From Octopus sinensis (Eukaryota), in the NCBI RefSeq assembly GCF_006345805.1, contig NW_021833285.1:1-64000 (forward strand): a stretch of 64,000 bases of DNA, given 5' to 3'. Positions 40,342-53,610 of this stretch are shown one piece after another. Within the stretch, counting starts at the first letter, position 1. The number at the start of each line of letters is the position of its first letter. A program made the translations under genes and the position numbers. The notes beneath the pieces are model-generated. The model was given only the letters and a program-made list of their open reading frames with translations. It searched no databases and was not told the DNA's origin.

Positions 40342-40885
40342 ATATATATATTATATATATATATATTATATGTATTATATATACACACACATATATATAT
40401 ATACATATAAATACATACATACTGTTTTAACGAAGCCGCGTCTTGTCCCTACGTTCGAAACGCGGATTAGATAAAACAGCCGACAACTGATGAAGGGAAT
40501 CTTCTTTATGTTGCCTGTCTTGTTTCTCTATGTTTTTTTTTCATTGTTCGAAATAAAAGTTCGTTTGCCGTGTTTTTGTCTTTCATGTTCTCGTTTCTCA
40601 ATTTGTTCACGCTTTTTTGAAGTCCTGTACCCATATATGCATGTATATATACATATATATACGTAGGTATGTATATACATAAGCATATATGTAGTATTTA
40701 TATTATCATATATATATAAAATATATATTTGAAATTAAACATTGAGAAATATATATATGAAAGTAAACAAATGTTGAGGTGTATTGAAAGATACAGAAAT
40801 AAATTTTCTAATTCTCAAATGCGTGATAATGCTAATAAAATAGCGTGAATAAATTAAATTGTCTATACATTGCAGAAAAATACGT

Positions 40886-40960
40886 TACCAGCCAGCCGTG
40901 AGACTCGAACTCACATCCTTGTGATTACGCGTCAAGTGCTTTACCATTAAGCTAATCTGC
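40886..40960 (-). pseudogene. tRNA-Thr(CGT)-like pseudogene or SINE head
   Basis: GGCAGATTAGCTTAATGGTAAAGCACTTGACGCGTAATCACAAGGATGTGAGTTCGAGTCTCAC: D and T arms intact; acceptor and anticodon stems each have two mismatches. Confidence 0.55.
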
Positions 40961-41605
40961 CCAGTAACGAATTCTTCTGCAATTTTAGAACTTATATGCA
41001 TGTATATACTCCTTTATCTATTTCTTTTTCTCGGTAATACGTTGTATGCGATTCCGTATATCATGAGGTGTCTTGATACCCGTTGTCTCTCTGTTTATGC
41101 TTTTAATCTGTTATACATTTTCATGCTCAATCGGAACATTGCTTGCAGCCAATCTTCATTTAAAAATTTATGATATCTTTGCATTGAAAGTTGGAGTTTA
41201 GACAGAAATAATTCAGCTTGAACACCTATTGCATACACTTATTATCTTACGTCACTCGACATTCGTATTACGCACAATAGTCATGTGTGTGTGTAAGTGC
41301 GTGCGCGTGTGCCTATGTATTTATAGCAAGAACCGATTTATAAATATCAAAGAATATATCCGCTCTAATTAAGAGTTCAATTGATATATAACAGGTCATT
41401 AAACTCTAGCTCGTTATTAATTTACAGTAAGTCCAAGTTGGACCGATTTGTACGTATATGCATAATAGGTTAAAACGATGTTTTTCACATATTTACCATA
41501 AATGCAGAAAAACAAAAAAAATGCTCATAGTTCATACTACAGTTAAAGTATGAACTATACATGTGAAATTTTATGATTCCTCCTTTTATGCTAAATATAT
41601 ATTTA

Positions 41606-42417
41606 GAGGGTGTTTGGGTTAAATTGGGAAGTTTGCTTAAATGGGGAAGAAACCACAATATCTCATCCAAAAATGAAAGTATTTTGAAAACTAAAAAACA
41701 AAATCAATTAGATTATGGCTGAGAGATATGAGATTACACAAAGCAACCGTTCCCCGGTTCCACTACGGCCTCAAGACAGCTCCGGAGCCTGGTATATGCA
41801 TTCCTCACCGTGTCCCTGGGAAGGGCTTCAAACCCCACCTCTTCTTGATCCTGGCCACCAGCTTGATCTTGGTGTTGCAAGCAGAGCAGTTGGTGTCTTT
41901 CTCAACCACGCCCCAAGTGAGTACTAAGAGACCAGAAGTAGAATTTCTCCGACAACCACTTCTGAAACTTTCTGAAGGTATGACAAGGAACCGAATCCTG
42001 CTGCCACACATATGGCATTCCAGCAGCAACCTTCTCCAGCTAGGTTTTGACCAGAGTCTCCAGCAGTTTCAACCTTAAGGCCCTGTACTGCAGTTTTGGG
42101 ATTTACTCTGGCGTGCGAACGCTGTCACAACGCGTTCTGAGTCCTCTTCCTGCGGGCCACGGCTTCGGGGCCTCCATTGCAGTGTTCGCAGAGCATTCAG
42201 CAGCACTCATGATGACGGCATTTAAATACATGGCGCCATGATACAAATACTACTTTTCCAATATTCAGATGACCTCCAGTCATCCATGTCAACTCACTCT
42301 TTCCCAACTACAACTTTAGTCTTTATTCTTTCCAACGCCGTTGGCTGTTCATCAATACAATAAGCTTTTCCCGAAAAAAAAGAGACAAAATATCGTCAAA
42401 TTTAGCCGTACATCCTA
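41606..42417 (-). mobile_element. Internally deleted Tc1/mariner-superfamily element
   Basis: Minus frames give PYVWQQDSVPCHT..QKWLSE, WGVVEKDTN..CNTK and RLRSCLEAVVE; degenerate TIRs (ta)gagggtgtttgggttaaatt / aatttagccgtacatccta(ta). Confidence 0.8.
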
Positions 42418-42469
42418 TATGTGTTCGTATATATGTTTGTATATATGTACGCATATATGTGCGTGTGTA

Positions 42470-42513
<44 letters not shown>

Positions 42514-42629
42514 AAGGGAAAAAATATCGATTATCCCCACGTGGTGGCTTGTAATAGATATATACGAAATTAAAGACGGAAAATGCACACACTCTACATA
42601 GTTTTAATATATTATTTAATATATCTTAT

Positions 42630-43490
42630 ATTGTGTTTGCCGACCGGTTTCGCTTTCGCTAATCTTGTCATTAAATTTTTTCTAAATACGTATTTTCTTT
42701 CAGAAAAAAAAAATTTGTTCATGTTGTGTGTGGAGTTTATGAAGGAATGATTCAACAAGTAGAAAAATTGGTAATTGGTTATCGTTATTATTGTGGACTG
42801 GGGAGATAATTGTTCACCTTTCGGTTGGTGGTGGGGAAATATATATACACAAAAATTCAAAAACTAGAGCAGTGAGGAAAACTATGTACAGTGATGGGTA
42901 TGTCATCGTGAATGAAAATATGTATAGAGATCAAAGTTGGTTATTCGTGCATATTTAGATGTGTTCTGTATTTTTCGATGAATAACTTTTCTTTATTTAA
43001 ACGCTCTTGTAAAGAAATAGTATCTTTGCACTGGTTGGTGGAGAAAACTGTGAAATTTGGTTTTATGTTAAAAGCACATTTAAGTAAACACTCTCTATGT
43101 GTTCACTTTAAGGAATCTGTCTGTATTGCGGAAACCGGATCTGCTCTTTATGTAGAGTGGTCTCTGTCTCAATATCATTCCTACTCGTCAGTCTTATACA
43201 GTTATGTCCACAATCAGAGCAGGTTATTACATAAATTCGATTCTCAGAGGCACAAGTGAAGTTGGTTTTAATTGTGAACCTCTCTCCTTGTTTGAAAAGG
43301 AAATCTGAGTCTTCAAGTAAGTTTAGGCTTCCACATTTTTTAACTGTTGGTTTCGTGGTTGTTGTATAAAGCTACGCATTTGTTAGAAATCTCTTTCGCG
43401 ATTTGTGTTGCTTTTTGCATTTGATGAATTTACGTGCTTTCGGGATGTCGTTCATTTTTGAGTCTCTGCTTAGTAAAGGAAGATTTTTCA
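42630..43490 (-). mobile_element. Penelope-like element 3' fragment: GIY-YIG endonuclease and terminal sequence
   Basis: FTIKTNFTCASENRIYVITCSDC, LHKEQIRFPQYRQIP*SEHIE and KEKLFIEKY..LN*; downstream degenerate GAAAGCGAAACCGGTC ribozyme-like tail. Confidence 0.8.
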
Positions 43491-43781
43491 CAATAATGTA
43501 TACTTCAGTGTTTCCAGAGTTGTAAGTTATTAATTTAATAATAGGGTGAATGACTTAACGTCAACATTTTCTATCCGAAAGGGCATTTCAATCCTCTATT
43601 CACATGCTATTATTTATAGCTTTATGTGCTTCGAGATCCACTGTTCCAAAAGATGTACTTTACTTTCCTTCGAAAGTCAACAACGTGTGTGTGGGGGGGG
43701 GGTGCACGCATGCACGCGTGTGTGTCTGTATCAACGTACGTATGTTTGTAGGGGTGTATATGTATGTATGTTATATATATA

Positions 43782-43819
<38 letters not shown>

Positions 43820-44828
43820 TATATATATAATATATATATATACATACATACATATGTGTGTGTGTGTGTGTGTGTAATACCATTTATCGAATTGAACATT
43901 GTTACCTTCGTTGCAGTTAGTATCGATGGAGCAACACATCACATAATACAGATGATGCCCACATTTCTTGCTTAGAACTAATGTTATCGTTGCCATTTTA
44001 TGCTTATCTTGTATATAATAATTCAAAGCGATAGTTAGATATGTATACAGCCAATGGTATCTGTCTAGGATAGAAATGATTGAAGACTTGGTTTTATCTT
44101 TATTGTCCATGTCTAGCAACACCACACATTATACAGTCGGCATTAAAGTCGGTAATCTTAAAATATCTGAAAACCAAAGATCAAAGATTTTTGTGATTGA
44201 AATAATGAAATCTGCAAAGAGACTCCAACCTGATGGAATCTATATTCTATAGACAAGACAAAGATAAACGAATATCCAGTTAAATACTCATTCGACCTTT
44301 GCTTTCTTTGGTTTGAGCTTTCAAATCTGAAATACGTTGCTTGGTATCAATGTCAGGTATCAGCGACTAATGTGGTTATGAAATATTTGTATCTCACTGG
44401 AGTGGGGGTTAGAAAAAGAAGCAGGTGTCGGTGGAAGATGTAACTCTTCTTAAATGGCATGAAATATGGAGATATGGAAATAACTTCATATTGGTCATTA
44501 TATTCAGTGTGAGCAAGGCGGTGGACTGGCAGAATTGTGAGCTCACCGGACAAACTTCCTTGCGGCAGTTCGTCTGTCTTTACATTATGTGTTCAGATTC
44601 CGACGAGGTCGACTCTGCCTTTCATCTTTTCAGAGTCGAAGTAATAAATACCAGTTGTGCATTGGGGTCGATGTAACTGACCACCTACCTTTTCCCGAAA
44701 TTTCAGGAATTTGTGCCTTAAGCAGAAACGATTATTCTGTATCAGCAGAGCTTTCTTTTGATATGTGTGTGTGTGAGTATGTGTGCGTGTGAGTGTGTGC
44801 GTGTGAGTGTGTGCGTGTGAGTGTGTGT

Positions 44829-44871
<43 letters not shown>

Positions 44872-45532
44872 TGTGTGTGTGTGTGTGTATGAATGTGTGT
44901 GTGTAGTTTGACCACTAAATCTACAAGTTTTTTCATTCTTTGTTAACGCGACTAAGTGTGATGTGTTTACACCAGCGAATCAGCTACGCTTTTCTTGTCA
45001 AATTTAAGAACTACAATAGTTCGTGTTTGTTTGTTTTTTATATGTAAGGGTGAGTGTGTGTTATCAATAACACGAATATGTTCCCGTTTAATCTTTTATA
45101 ATGATTTTTAATTTCATATTTCCCTAATACAACAAGTCGGAAACGAAAGATATTCCTCATGTTTGTGCGTGTGCGTGTGTGTGAGTGTGAATGTGTATGT
45201 GTGTGTGTGTGTGTGTGTACATACATACTACATACAAATGCCGAAAGGAGAAAAGGATATTGATATATGAGGTCTGTAACTTTTCTCTCTTCCTCCCTCC
45301 TTCTCTCTCTTTCTCTCTTTCTCTCATTCCTTCTCTCATTCTTTCTCCTCTTCCCTCTTTCTCTCTCCTTCCTTCTTTCTCTTTCTTAGATAAAGGGACA
45401 ATCCCGAAACTCATCCAAACTCACAAGCCACGACCTGTTTTACGATCGTTGGTGCCTGGGATTGCCCTCGTTTTCCTCAGATGTATAGATCGAGGGGTGA
45501 CCTTTATGTTGCATGCAAGTGTATGCGTGGTA

Positions 45533-45545
45533 TGATGACGATGAC

Positions 45546-45581
<36 letters not shown>

Positions 45582-46008
45582 AATCATCATCATCATGTTG
45601 AGCGAAAGAGGAAGAGAAAAGGACGGAGAAGAATAAGAAGGAGGAGGAGGAAGAGGCGCAAGAGGAAGTAGACGAGGAGGAGGGGAGGAGGAGGAATAGG
45701 CGCAAGAGGTGGAAGGGGGGAAGAGACGCAAGAGGTGGAGGAGGAGGTGGAGGAGAAGAAGAAATGGAAGAGGAGGGAAGAAGAAGAAGGGGCAGGAGGA
45801 AGAGGCGCAAGAGGAGGTAGATGAGGAGGGGGCAGGAGAAGGAAGAAGAGGCGTAAGAAGTGGGAGGAGGAAAAGGAGGATGAGGTAGAGGAGGAAGAAT
45901 AGGAGGATGAGGTGGAGGAAAAGAAAAAGGCGGGGGAGGAAAAGGCGCCAGAGAAGGGGGAAGAGGTGGTGGTGGTGTTGGTGGTGGTGGTGTTGGTGGT
46001 GGTGGTGT

Positions 46009-46039
<31 letters not shown>

Positions 46040-46300
46040 TGTAGTGATGATGATGATGATGATGATGATGAGATGATGATGGCGATGATGATGACGATGA
46101 TGATGACGATGGTGATGATGTTGATGATGATGATAATGATGATGTCTGGAGGTGGTGGTGGTGGTGTTGGTGGTGGTAGTAGTAGTAGTAGTTGTGGTGA
46201 TGATGATGATGATGTTGATGATAATGATGATGATGATGATGATGATGATGATGGCAATGATGACGATGACGATGATGATGATGTCTGGAGGTGGTAGTGA
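45533..46300. repeat. Compound trinucleotide low-complexity block (GAT/GAG/GGT/GTA)
   Basis: Directly visible; source of the spurious 240-280 aa ORFs. Confidence 0.95.
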
Positions 46301-46735
46301 CGACCACAACAGCATAGACAATGGCGCTATCTGTAGTCAACAAAATCGGATTTAATTTGAGATAAGTAGCTCTGGATTAAAGAATTGTAATAATTAATGA
46401 ACGCTGTAACAATTCCAGTGAGACACCTGGCGAGAGATTTTGTCATAAATTGATTAATCAAGCTAATTAATAAAACTCTGGTATGTGATGCTGATAAACG
46501 TTAAGTTAGTAAAACAACAAATATAAGCACACTAATAAAAACAAAAAAACAGTACGATACATAAATGTATGCAAATACATATATACGTAAACATGTGTGT
46601 GTGTGTGTGTGTGTACATGAATGGATGGATCGATCGATCGATTGATCGATATGAGTGACGAAAATACAGAATAAAATCGAAAAGAAAACTAATTTCTTGG
46701 TTCACTATATTATGTCGGTACTTACTTTGCTATCG

Positions 46736-47090
46736 TGAAGGTGCATGGCTTAGTGGTTAGATCGTCGAACTTACAATCACGAGATAGTGAGCTCGATTCC
46801 CAGACCGGGATGCGTGTTGTGTTCTTGAGCAAGACACTTTATTTCACGTTGCTCCTGTTCACTCATCTGTAGAAATGAGTTGCGACGTTGCTGGAGCTAA
46901 GCTGTATCGGCCCCTTTGTACCTTTCCCTCGGATAACATCAGTGGAGCGAAGAGGGGAGGCTGGTATGCATGGACGACTGCTAGTCTTCCATAAACAACC
47001 TTGCTGGTGTTGTGCCTCGGGGGGTGGGAGAACTTTCTAGTTGCAATCCCATGGTCATTCATGGCGGTAGGGGATCTTTACCCTTACCCG
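46736..47090 (+). mobile_element. tRNA-derived SINE (family 3)
   Basis: A box tggcttagtggttag, B box gctcgattccc, then cttgagcaagacacttt...tgtagaaatgag central block; tail ctttacccttaccc. Confidence 0.75.
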
Positions 47091-47470
47091 TTTACTTTAC
47101 AATCGGTTCTTCAATCAGAAAGGGCACCTGGATAACCCCTCAGTTTGAGTTATATCGCACATAGTGTTCATGTCCGAAATCCTCTCTAGTCGTTCTATGA
47201 GCTTGCAGTAACTGTTAGATTTTGCTTCGGTGATAAGGTCCAATAAGATCGAAACACATCAGGAGTTGTCATCACATTGCCGAACACCCTCACACTTCTC
47301 TTTCATTGTGTATTTCATTAAATTCAACTGTTTGCAATTCTTTCGTCGCCTACCTTCTCCACCTCTTCAACAGAATTATCCATGCAGAAAAATTACTTTT
47401 CTTCTTTAATAAATATGGTTTTAAGTACTTAAAATTTCTTGTTAGACTACATCACATATCTTAGCACTTC

Positions 47471-47517
<47 letters not shown>

Positions 47518-47821
47518 TGTGGTGTGAAGGACTGAACTAATCTATTTCGCTTCGCCGGTTTTAAACTACTACATGGTGCCTTGAGTGTTCTTATCGGAGT
47601 TCACTCTCTTGCTTGCATTTGGGTCAGATCTCCGGTTTTAGGATACCTTCCTTCCTTCCTTCCTTCCTTCCTTCCTTCCTCCCACCTGTCACCAACTCGA
47701 AAACTAGAACAACTTGTCTCCTCGAACACCCTCACCTCAAAACTGCTGACCGTAAATCAGAAGCTATTATTATCATCATCATCATCATCATCATCATTAT
47801 TATTATTATTATATTATTATT

Positions 47822-47874
<53 letters not shown>

Positions 47875-47931
47875 TCATCATCATCATCATCAATCATCAT
47901 CATCATCATCATCATCATTATTATTATTATT

Positions 47932-47981
<50 letters not shown>

Positions 47982-48024
47982 ATCATCATCATCATCATCA
48001 TCATTATTATTATTATTATTATTA

Positions 48025-48061
<37 letters not shown>

Positions 48062-48066
<5 letters not shown>

Positions 48067-48839
48067 TAGTTTTATTTTTATAGCGTGCTTTCACTTCACT
48101 ACCGAGCGCAGCTCTGTGTGCCTTGGGTATGTGCTGTGATTTGTTGTGATGCTCTGATGGTTATTGTATGGAAAATGTTCTGCATAGGTTGTGTGCAGTG
48201 CCTAGTAATGCAATTTTCTGTGTGTTATATGTGTTTGTAAGTCCTGGTGTTTTTGTTATGTATTTGTCTGAATATTTTTTTATCATGCCTAATGCACCTA
48301 CTATGATAGGAATTGTTTCTGTTTTTAGATTCTACATTCTAGTTACCTCTATTTCCAGGTCTTTGTATTTTGAAAGTTTCTCCATTTCTTTTAGAGACAC
48401 GTTGTCATCAGCCGGTATTGATACATCAATTAGAAGGCATTTTTTTTCTTCATGGTCTCTGACAACTATATCTGGTATGTTGGCCTTAATTTCTCTATCT
48501 GTGTCTATCGGCATATCCCAGAGTATGGTTGATTCTCGTTTTCTGTGACCTTTTCTGGTGTGTGCCTATACCATCTTTTTTCTGTTGTTATTCCATAATG
48601 TTGGCATAGCTTCCAATGTATGTAGGTTCCAACTCTGTCATGTCTGTGAATATATTCCTTCTTAGCCAGGACTGGGCAGCTAGAGATAATATGATTTATT
48701 GTTTCTTGTCCATCTCCACATATTCTGCAGTTACTTGTAATATTTCTTTTCATTACATGTTTTTGGTAATTTCTGGTGGGGAGGCTTTGGTCTTGTGCTG
48801 CAATTAAAAATCCCTCTGTTTCTGCTTTGAGTCCTGAGC

Positions 48840-48840
<1 letters not shown>
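48062..48840 (-). mobile_element. R4/Dong family A 3' fragment (CCHC, RLE, 3' UTR)
   Basis: CRICGDGQETINHIISSC, RHDRVG, ANIPDIVVRD, KLSKYKDLEIEVTRM; (TAT)n/(CAT)n flanks. Confidence 0.95.
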
Positions 48841-48920
<80 letters not shown>

Positions 48921-48921
<1 letters not shown>

Positions 48922-50036
48922 GTTTTTTTCCTTCTTTCCTCAAATTTTCTTCCGTTTCTCGCCGAGTGTTTTCCATACACCTAGGGCAGAGAAGGGCATT
49001 GTATGCATTTCCAGATTACACGCGCAAATTCAAAGATAAATATGTATTTAAAAATTAATAACTAAATAAATTCATGGATGGATGTTATTTTCACAGCGAT
49101 AGTGCTCTTCTCAGTACATGAGCCGTTCCAGTTAATACGATTTTTTACACTTCCTGTAGGGATGGTAAGCCTGAAATCATTTTCAAATAGGTTTCAGTAC
49201 CTTTTTTTTATCATTCCTAGAGATCCTACAATCACTGGTACTGTAGTCGCCTTGAGATGCCACATTTTTTCAATTTCTACTAGCAAGTCTTTATATTTAC
49301 TAATCTTGTCAAATTCTTTCGCCGCTATATTGTGATCACAAGGAATACTCATGTCAATTAATAAACACGTCCTTTTTGTCTGATCTTTTATAATAATATC
49401 CGGTTTATTAGCTTTTATAGTCCTGTCGGTCTGTACGGGGAAGTCCCATTGAATCGACACATTTTCTCCCTCAGTCACAGCTTCAGGATGATGTTTATAC
49501 CATTTGTCAGCGGTTTTGATTTTATAATGCCGACATATTGTCCAATGTAAATACTGGCCGACTCTGTCATGTCTTGCTTTATATTCTGCAGGTGCTAAGA
49601 CTCTACAACCTGAGATTAGGTGGTTTATTAGGAGGATTGTTTCAAACTTGCATGCTGGATACCAGAGCCTTCATTTATTCCTAGGTATTTATAGGTTTGT
49701 TCCTGCTCAAGTTCCTTTATTACTATTTCGACATCTAATTCGATTGATCTAGACTTTACCAATTTCCCTTTCTTAAAAGTGGCTTTGGCACGCTGTTCAA
49801 GGCCAAACTCCATCCCGATATCATCACTGAATCCTTTCACAGTATGTGATAACCCTTCAAGCTCTTCATCATCTTTGTCATATAGCTTTAAGTCATCCAT
49901 ATAAAATAGATGGCTTATTTTCTTGATGTCAATTTTGTAGCCATATCCTGTTCTATTCAGTTCACTTGAGAGTGGTATTAGTGCTATGCAGAAAATTAGT
50001 GGTGAAAGTGAGTCACCTTGGAAAATTCCACAGTTC
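48921..50036 (-). mobile_element. R4/Dong family B fragment with internal deletion (RT fused to RLE)
   Basis: GIFQGDSLSP, YMDDLKLY and YKYLG join near 49650 directly to ETI..NHLISGC, RHDRVG, ANKPDIIIKD and KISKYKDL; distinct 3' UTR. Confidence 0.92.
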
Positions 50037-50082
50037 ATTATTATAATAATAATAATAATAATAATAATTATTATTATTATTA

Positions 50083-50117
<35 letters not shown>

Positions 50118-50146
50118 TATTATTATTATTATTATTATTATTATCA

Positions 50147-52771
50147 TTCAGTAGTTTTATTTTTATAACGTGCTTTCACTTCACTACCGAGCGCAGCTCT
50201 GTGTGCCTTGAGTATGTGATGTGATTTGTTGTGATGCTCTGATGGTTACTGTATTGAAAGTGTTCTGCGTAGGATGTGTGCAGTGCCTAGTAGTGCAATT
50301 TTCTGTATGTTATATGTGTTTGTAAGTCCTGGTGTTTTTGTTATGTATTTGTCTGAATATTTTTTTATCATGCCTAATGCACCTACTATGATAGGAATTG
50401 TTTCTGTTTTTAGATTCCACATTCTAGTTACCTCTATTTCCAGGTCTTTGTATTTTGAAAGTTTCTCCATTTCTTTTAGAGGCACGTTGTCAACTGCTGG
50501 TATTGATACATCAATTAGAAAGCTTTTTTTTTTCTTCATGATCTCTGACAACTATATCTGGTCTGTTGGCCTTAATTTCTCTATCTGTGTGTATTGGCAT
50601 ATCCCAGAGTATGGTTGCTTTCTCGTTTTCTGCGACCCTTTCTGGTGTGTGCCTATACCATCTTTTTTCTGTTGTTATTCCATAATGTTGGCATAGCTTC
50701 CAGTGTATTTAGGTCCCAACTCTGTCGTGTCTGTGAATATATTCCTTCATAGCCAGGACTGGGCAGCCAGAGATAATATGATTTATTGTTTATTGTCCAT
50801 CTCCACATATTCTGCAGTTACTTGTTATATTTCTTTTCATTACATGTTTTTGGTAATTCCTGGTGGGGAGGCTTTGGTCTTGTACTGCAATTAAAAATCC
50901 CCCTGTCTCTGCTTTGAGTCCTGAACTTCTCAACCACTGCTGGGATTTCTCTTTGTCTATTTCTTTTGCATTTAGTTTAGTCCAGTGCTTGCCATGAAAG
51001 GGCTTTTCTTGCCATCATTTTATCATGGTCTGTTGCTGTTCTAGTTTTAGTTTTGATTTCATTTGCTTTATAGCTTTTGTTGTTGTTTCTTCATCATCGT
51101 CTTCTTCTTCTTCTTCATATTTGTTAGGTGGTATGATTTCTTGTTTGTATTTGTCAGCTTCCTTAAATACTGAGAACAATTTTTTGCTTTGCTCGTGTTT
51201 TGCCGCTATTTAAATCAGTTTTCCTTCCTTCTGAAGTAGGTATTTTTGCAGTCCTATGGTGGCTATTTTATAGTAGTTTTCCAGCTTTATAAGGCCTCTA
51301 CCACCTTCTATACGTTGTATATATAGCCTTTCTATGTCAAATTTTGGGTGATGCATCCTAGATCCTGTCATTATTTTTCATGTTTTCCTATCTATTTTGG
51401 TTAATTCATTTAGCATCCAGTTAAGGATATTGTAGCTGTAACTTATAACTGGGACGGCTAAAGTGTTAATACCTATTATCTTGTTTTTAGCATTGAGCTC
51501 TGTTTTTAGTATTGGTCTAACTCGTCTATAGTATTCTTTCTTTATTTTCTCTTTCATTTGTGTGTGTTGTGTCTTATCTAGTTCATGGATTCCTAAGTAT
51601 TTGTAAGTTTGGCTTTAGTCTAATTCATTTATTTCATTGGTGTTATCTAGTGTGATGTTGCTACTCTAAACTAGTTTTCCTCTTTTCAGGGTTACTTTGG
51701 CGCATTTTTCTAATCCAAATTTCATATCTATTTCTTTGGTGAATCCAGGAACTGTCTTTAATAGTGTTTCCAGCTGTTTGTCATTTGTAGCGTATAGTTT
51801 TAGGTCATCCATATATAAAAGGTGGCTGATCGTTTTGCCGCAACATTTATATCCGCATCAAGTTCCATTTAGCATATCAGATAGAGGTGACAATGCCAAG
51901 CAGAAAAGGAGTGGAGAGAGCGTGTCTCCCTGGAATATTCCTCTTCTAATGGGGATGGTTTTGGTTTTGACCAGTCCCTCTTTTGTTTGGAGCTGTAGCA
52001 CTGTTTGCCATTTATTCATAGAGTGTCCTATGTATTTTATAATTGTTGGTGCTACTTTGTTAATGGCTAGTGTTTCGAGGATCCATGTGTGGGGGATGCT
52101 ATCAAACCCCTTTCTGTAGTCGATCCAGGCCATACTAAGGCCTTTCTTCTTTCTGTGGCTGTCTTCAGTTATGGCTTTATTGATCATTAGTTGATCTTTA
52201 CAGCCATATGAGCCTTTGCGGCATCCTTTCTGCTCTTCTGGAAACAGGTTGTTTTCGTCCAGGTGCTTGTTTAATCTTTGTGATATTACTGCAGTGAATG
52301 CTTTGTACATTGTAGGGAGACAGGTTATAGGTCTGTAGTTTTCTGGTTTTGCTGTCTCATTGGATTTGGAAATTAAGATGGTTTTTCCCCTTCGTGAGCC
52401 ATTCAGGCATCATCTCTGGCTCTGCCAGTATGTTGTTAAAATTTTCAGCCAGCTTTTTGTGCATTCCTGTCAGATATTTCAACCAGAAGTTGGGGATCTT
52501 GTCATGCCCAGGTGCCTTCCAGTTGCTTAGTCTTTACAGTGCCTGGGTGACCTCTTCAGTTGTTATGGGGGTCCAAAGTTGCTTAGATGCTACGCTTGTT
52601 GTTTTAATACTTCTTTTTTTTTTTGGTTCTTCATTCGCCGACCATATTTCTCTCCAGAATTCTTCCACTTCTTCTGCCGTTGGTGCTGCAGTGATTTCTA
52701 TTTTATTTTTGCCAAGTTCTTGGTAGAACTTTTGGGGGTTGGAGTTGAACTTTTTGGGGTTGGAGTTGAAC

Positions 52772-52772
<1 letters not shown>
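50147..52772 (-). mobile_element. R4/Dong family A, 2.6-kb 5'-truncated copy (RT, CCHC, RLE), pseudogenised
   Basis: NWKAPGHD, YRPITCLPTMYK, EQKGCRKG, WIDYRKGFDSIPH, GIFQGDTLSP, YMDDLKLY, YKYLG, GGRGL, CCHC, RHD, PD..D; stops and frameshifts present. Confidence 0.97.
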
Positions 52773-52822
<50 letters not shown>

Positions 52823-53113
52823 GTTCTTTTTATTATTTCAGGTTTTGTTGGAGCCCCTGGAGTCTTGCATGGATAGTGGGCTTACTACCTGCCACCTACG
52901 GTTATGCTATCAGTTATTTTCAGCTCTCTGATACTTTCCTGGTTATTTTGGCCGTTCCAAAGAGGCAAACCTTTTTTAACAGTTCTACTGGGCACTCTAT
53001 TCCAATTTCCTTTATATTCCTCTTGATGCCTTCTGATGATACTGTTCCCAAGGACCCAACAATGATTGACACTCTCTTCACCTTCTTCATTTTCCATAGC
53101 CGGGCTATTTATT
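52823..53113 (-). mobile_element. R4/Dong family C short 3' fragment
   Basis: ARLWKMKKVKRVSIIVGSLG...LLKKVCLFGTAKITRKV* plus its own 3' UTR; TAA flanks. Confidence 0.8.
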
Positions 53114-53218
53114 TTTATTATCATTATTGTTATTATAGTTGTTGATGTTATTATTCCCGAATAATAACCTATATCTCGGAATAATTGTGTGCAGCTGTTT
53201 TTCTTTGTCATAACAGCA

Positions 53219-53255
<37 letters not shown>

Positions 53256-53266
53256 TACTACTACTA

Positions 53267-53556
53267 CAGCACCACCAGTATCATCTGACTATCAACGTCT
53301 AAAGCACCCTCGTGTATTACCTGGCAATAGTGTGTCTAGTGTGTCATGAACGGAAGTACACAATCTCTCCTGACGCCATGTTTCAGAACGGAAAGTAATG
53401 AAATGTCACGTTTGATTTCTGAAATACCATCATGCAACCAGTTGGTGGAGATTTCTTCTTAAAGTGCTTAAATGCAAATACAATTGGTTTCCTTGTCTCA
53501 TTTTCATTTTATTCCATTACCAAAGAAGCAGATTCTCATCAACATCATCATCATCA

Positions 53557-53610
<54 letters not shown>

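Noticed and set aside
40440-40520. CTGATGAAGGG / GAAACGCGG as a hammerhead
   Set aside because: The motifs are in the wrong order and no consistent three-helix fold could be built
45421-46343. 240-280 aa Pro/Ser/His-rich ORFs
   Set aside because: Translations of trinucleotide repeats open in several frames; no domain or splice support
48062-53113. RLE domains as a Fanzor/TnpB-like RNA-guided nuclease
   Set aside because: The motif order CCHC-RHD-PD..D-K..KY follows an RT domain, typical of R4/Dong; no RuvC motifs seen
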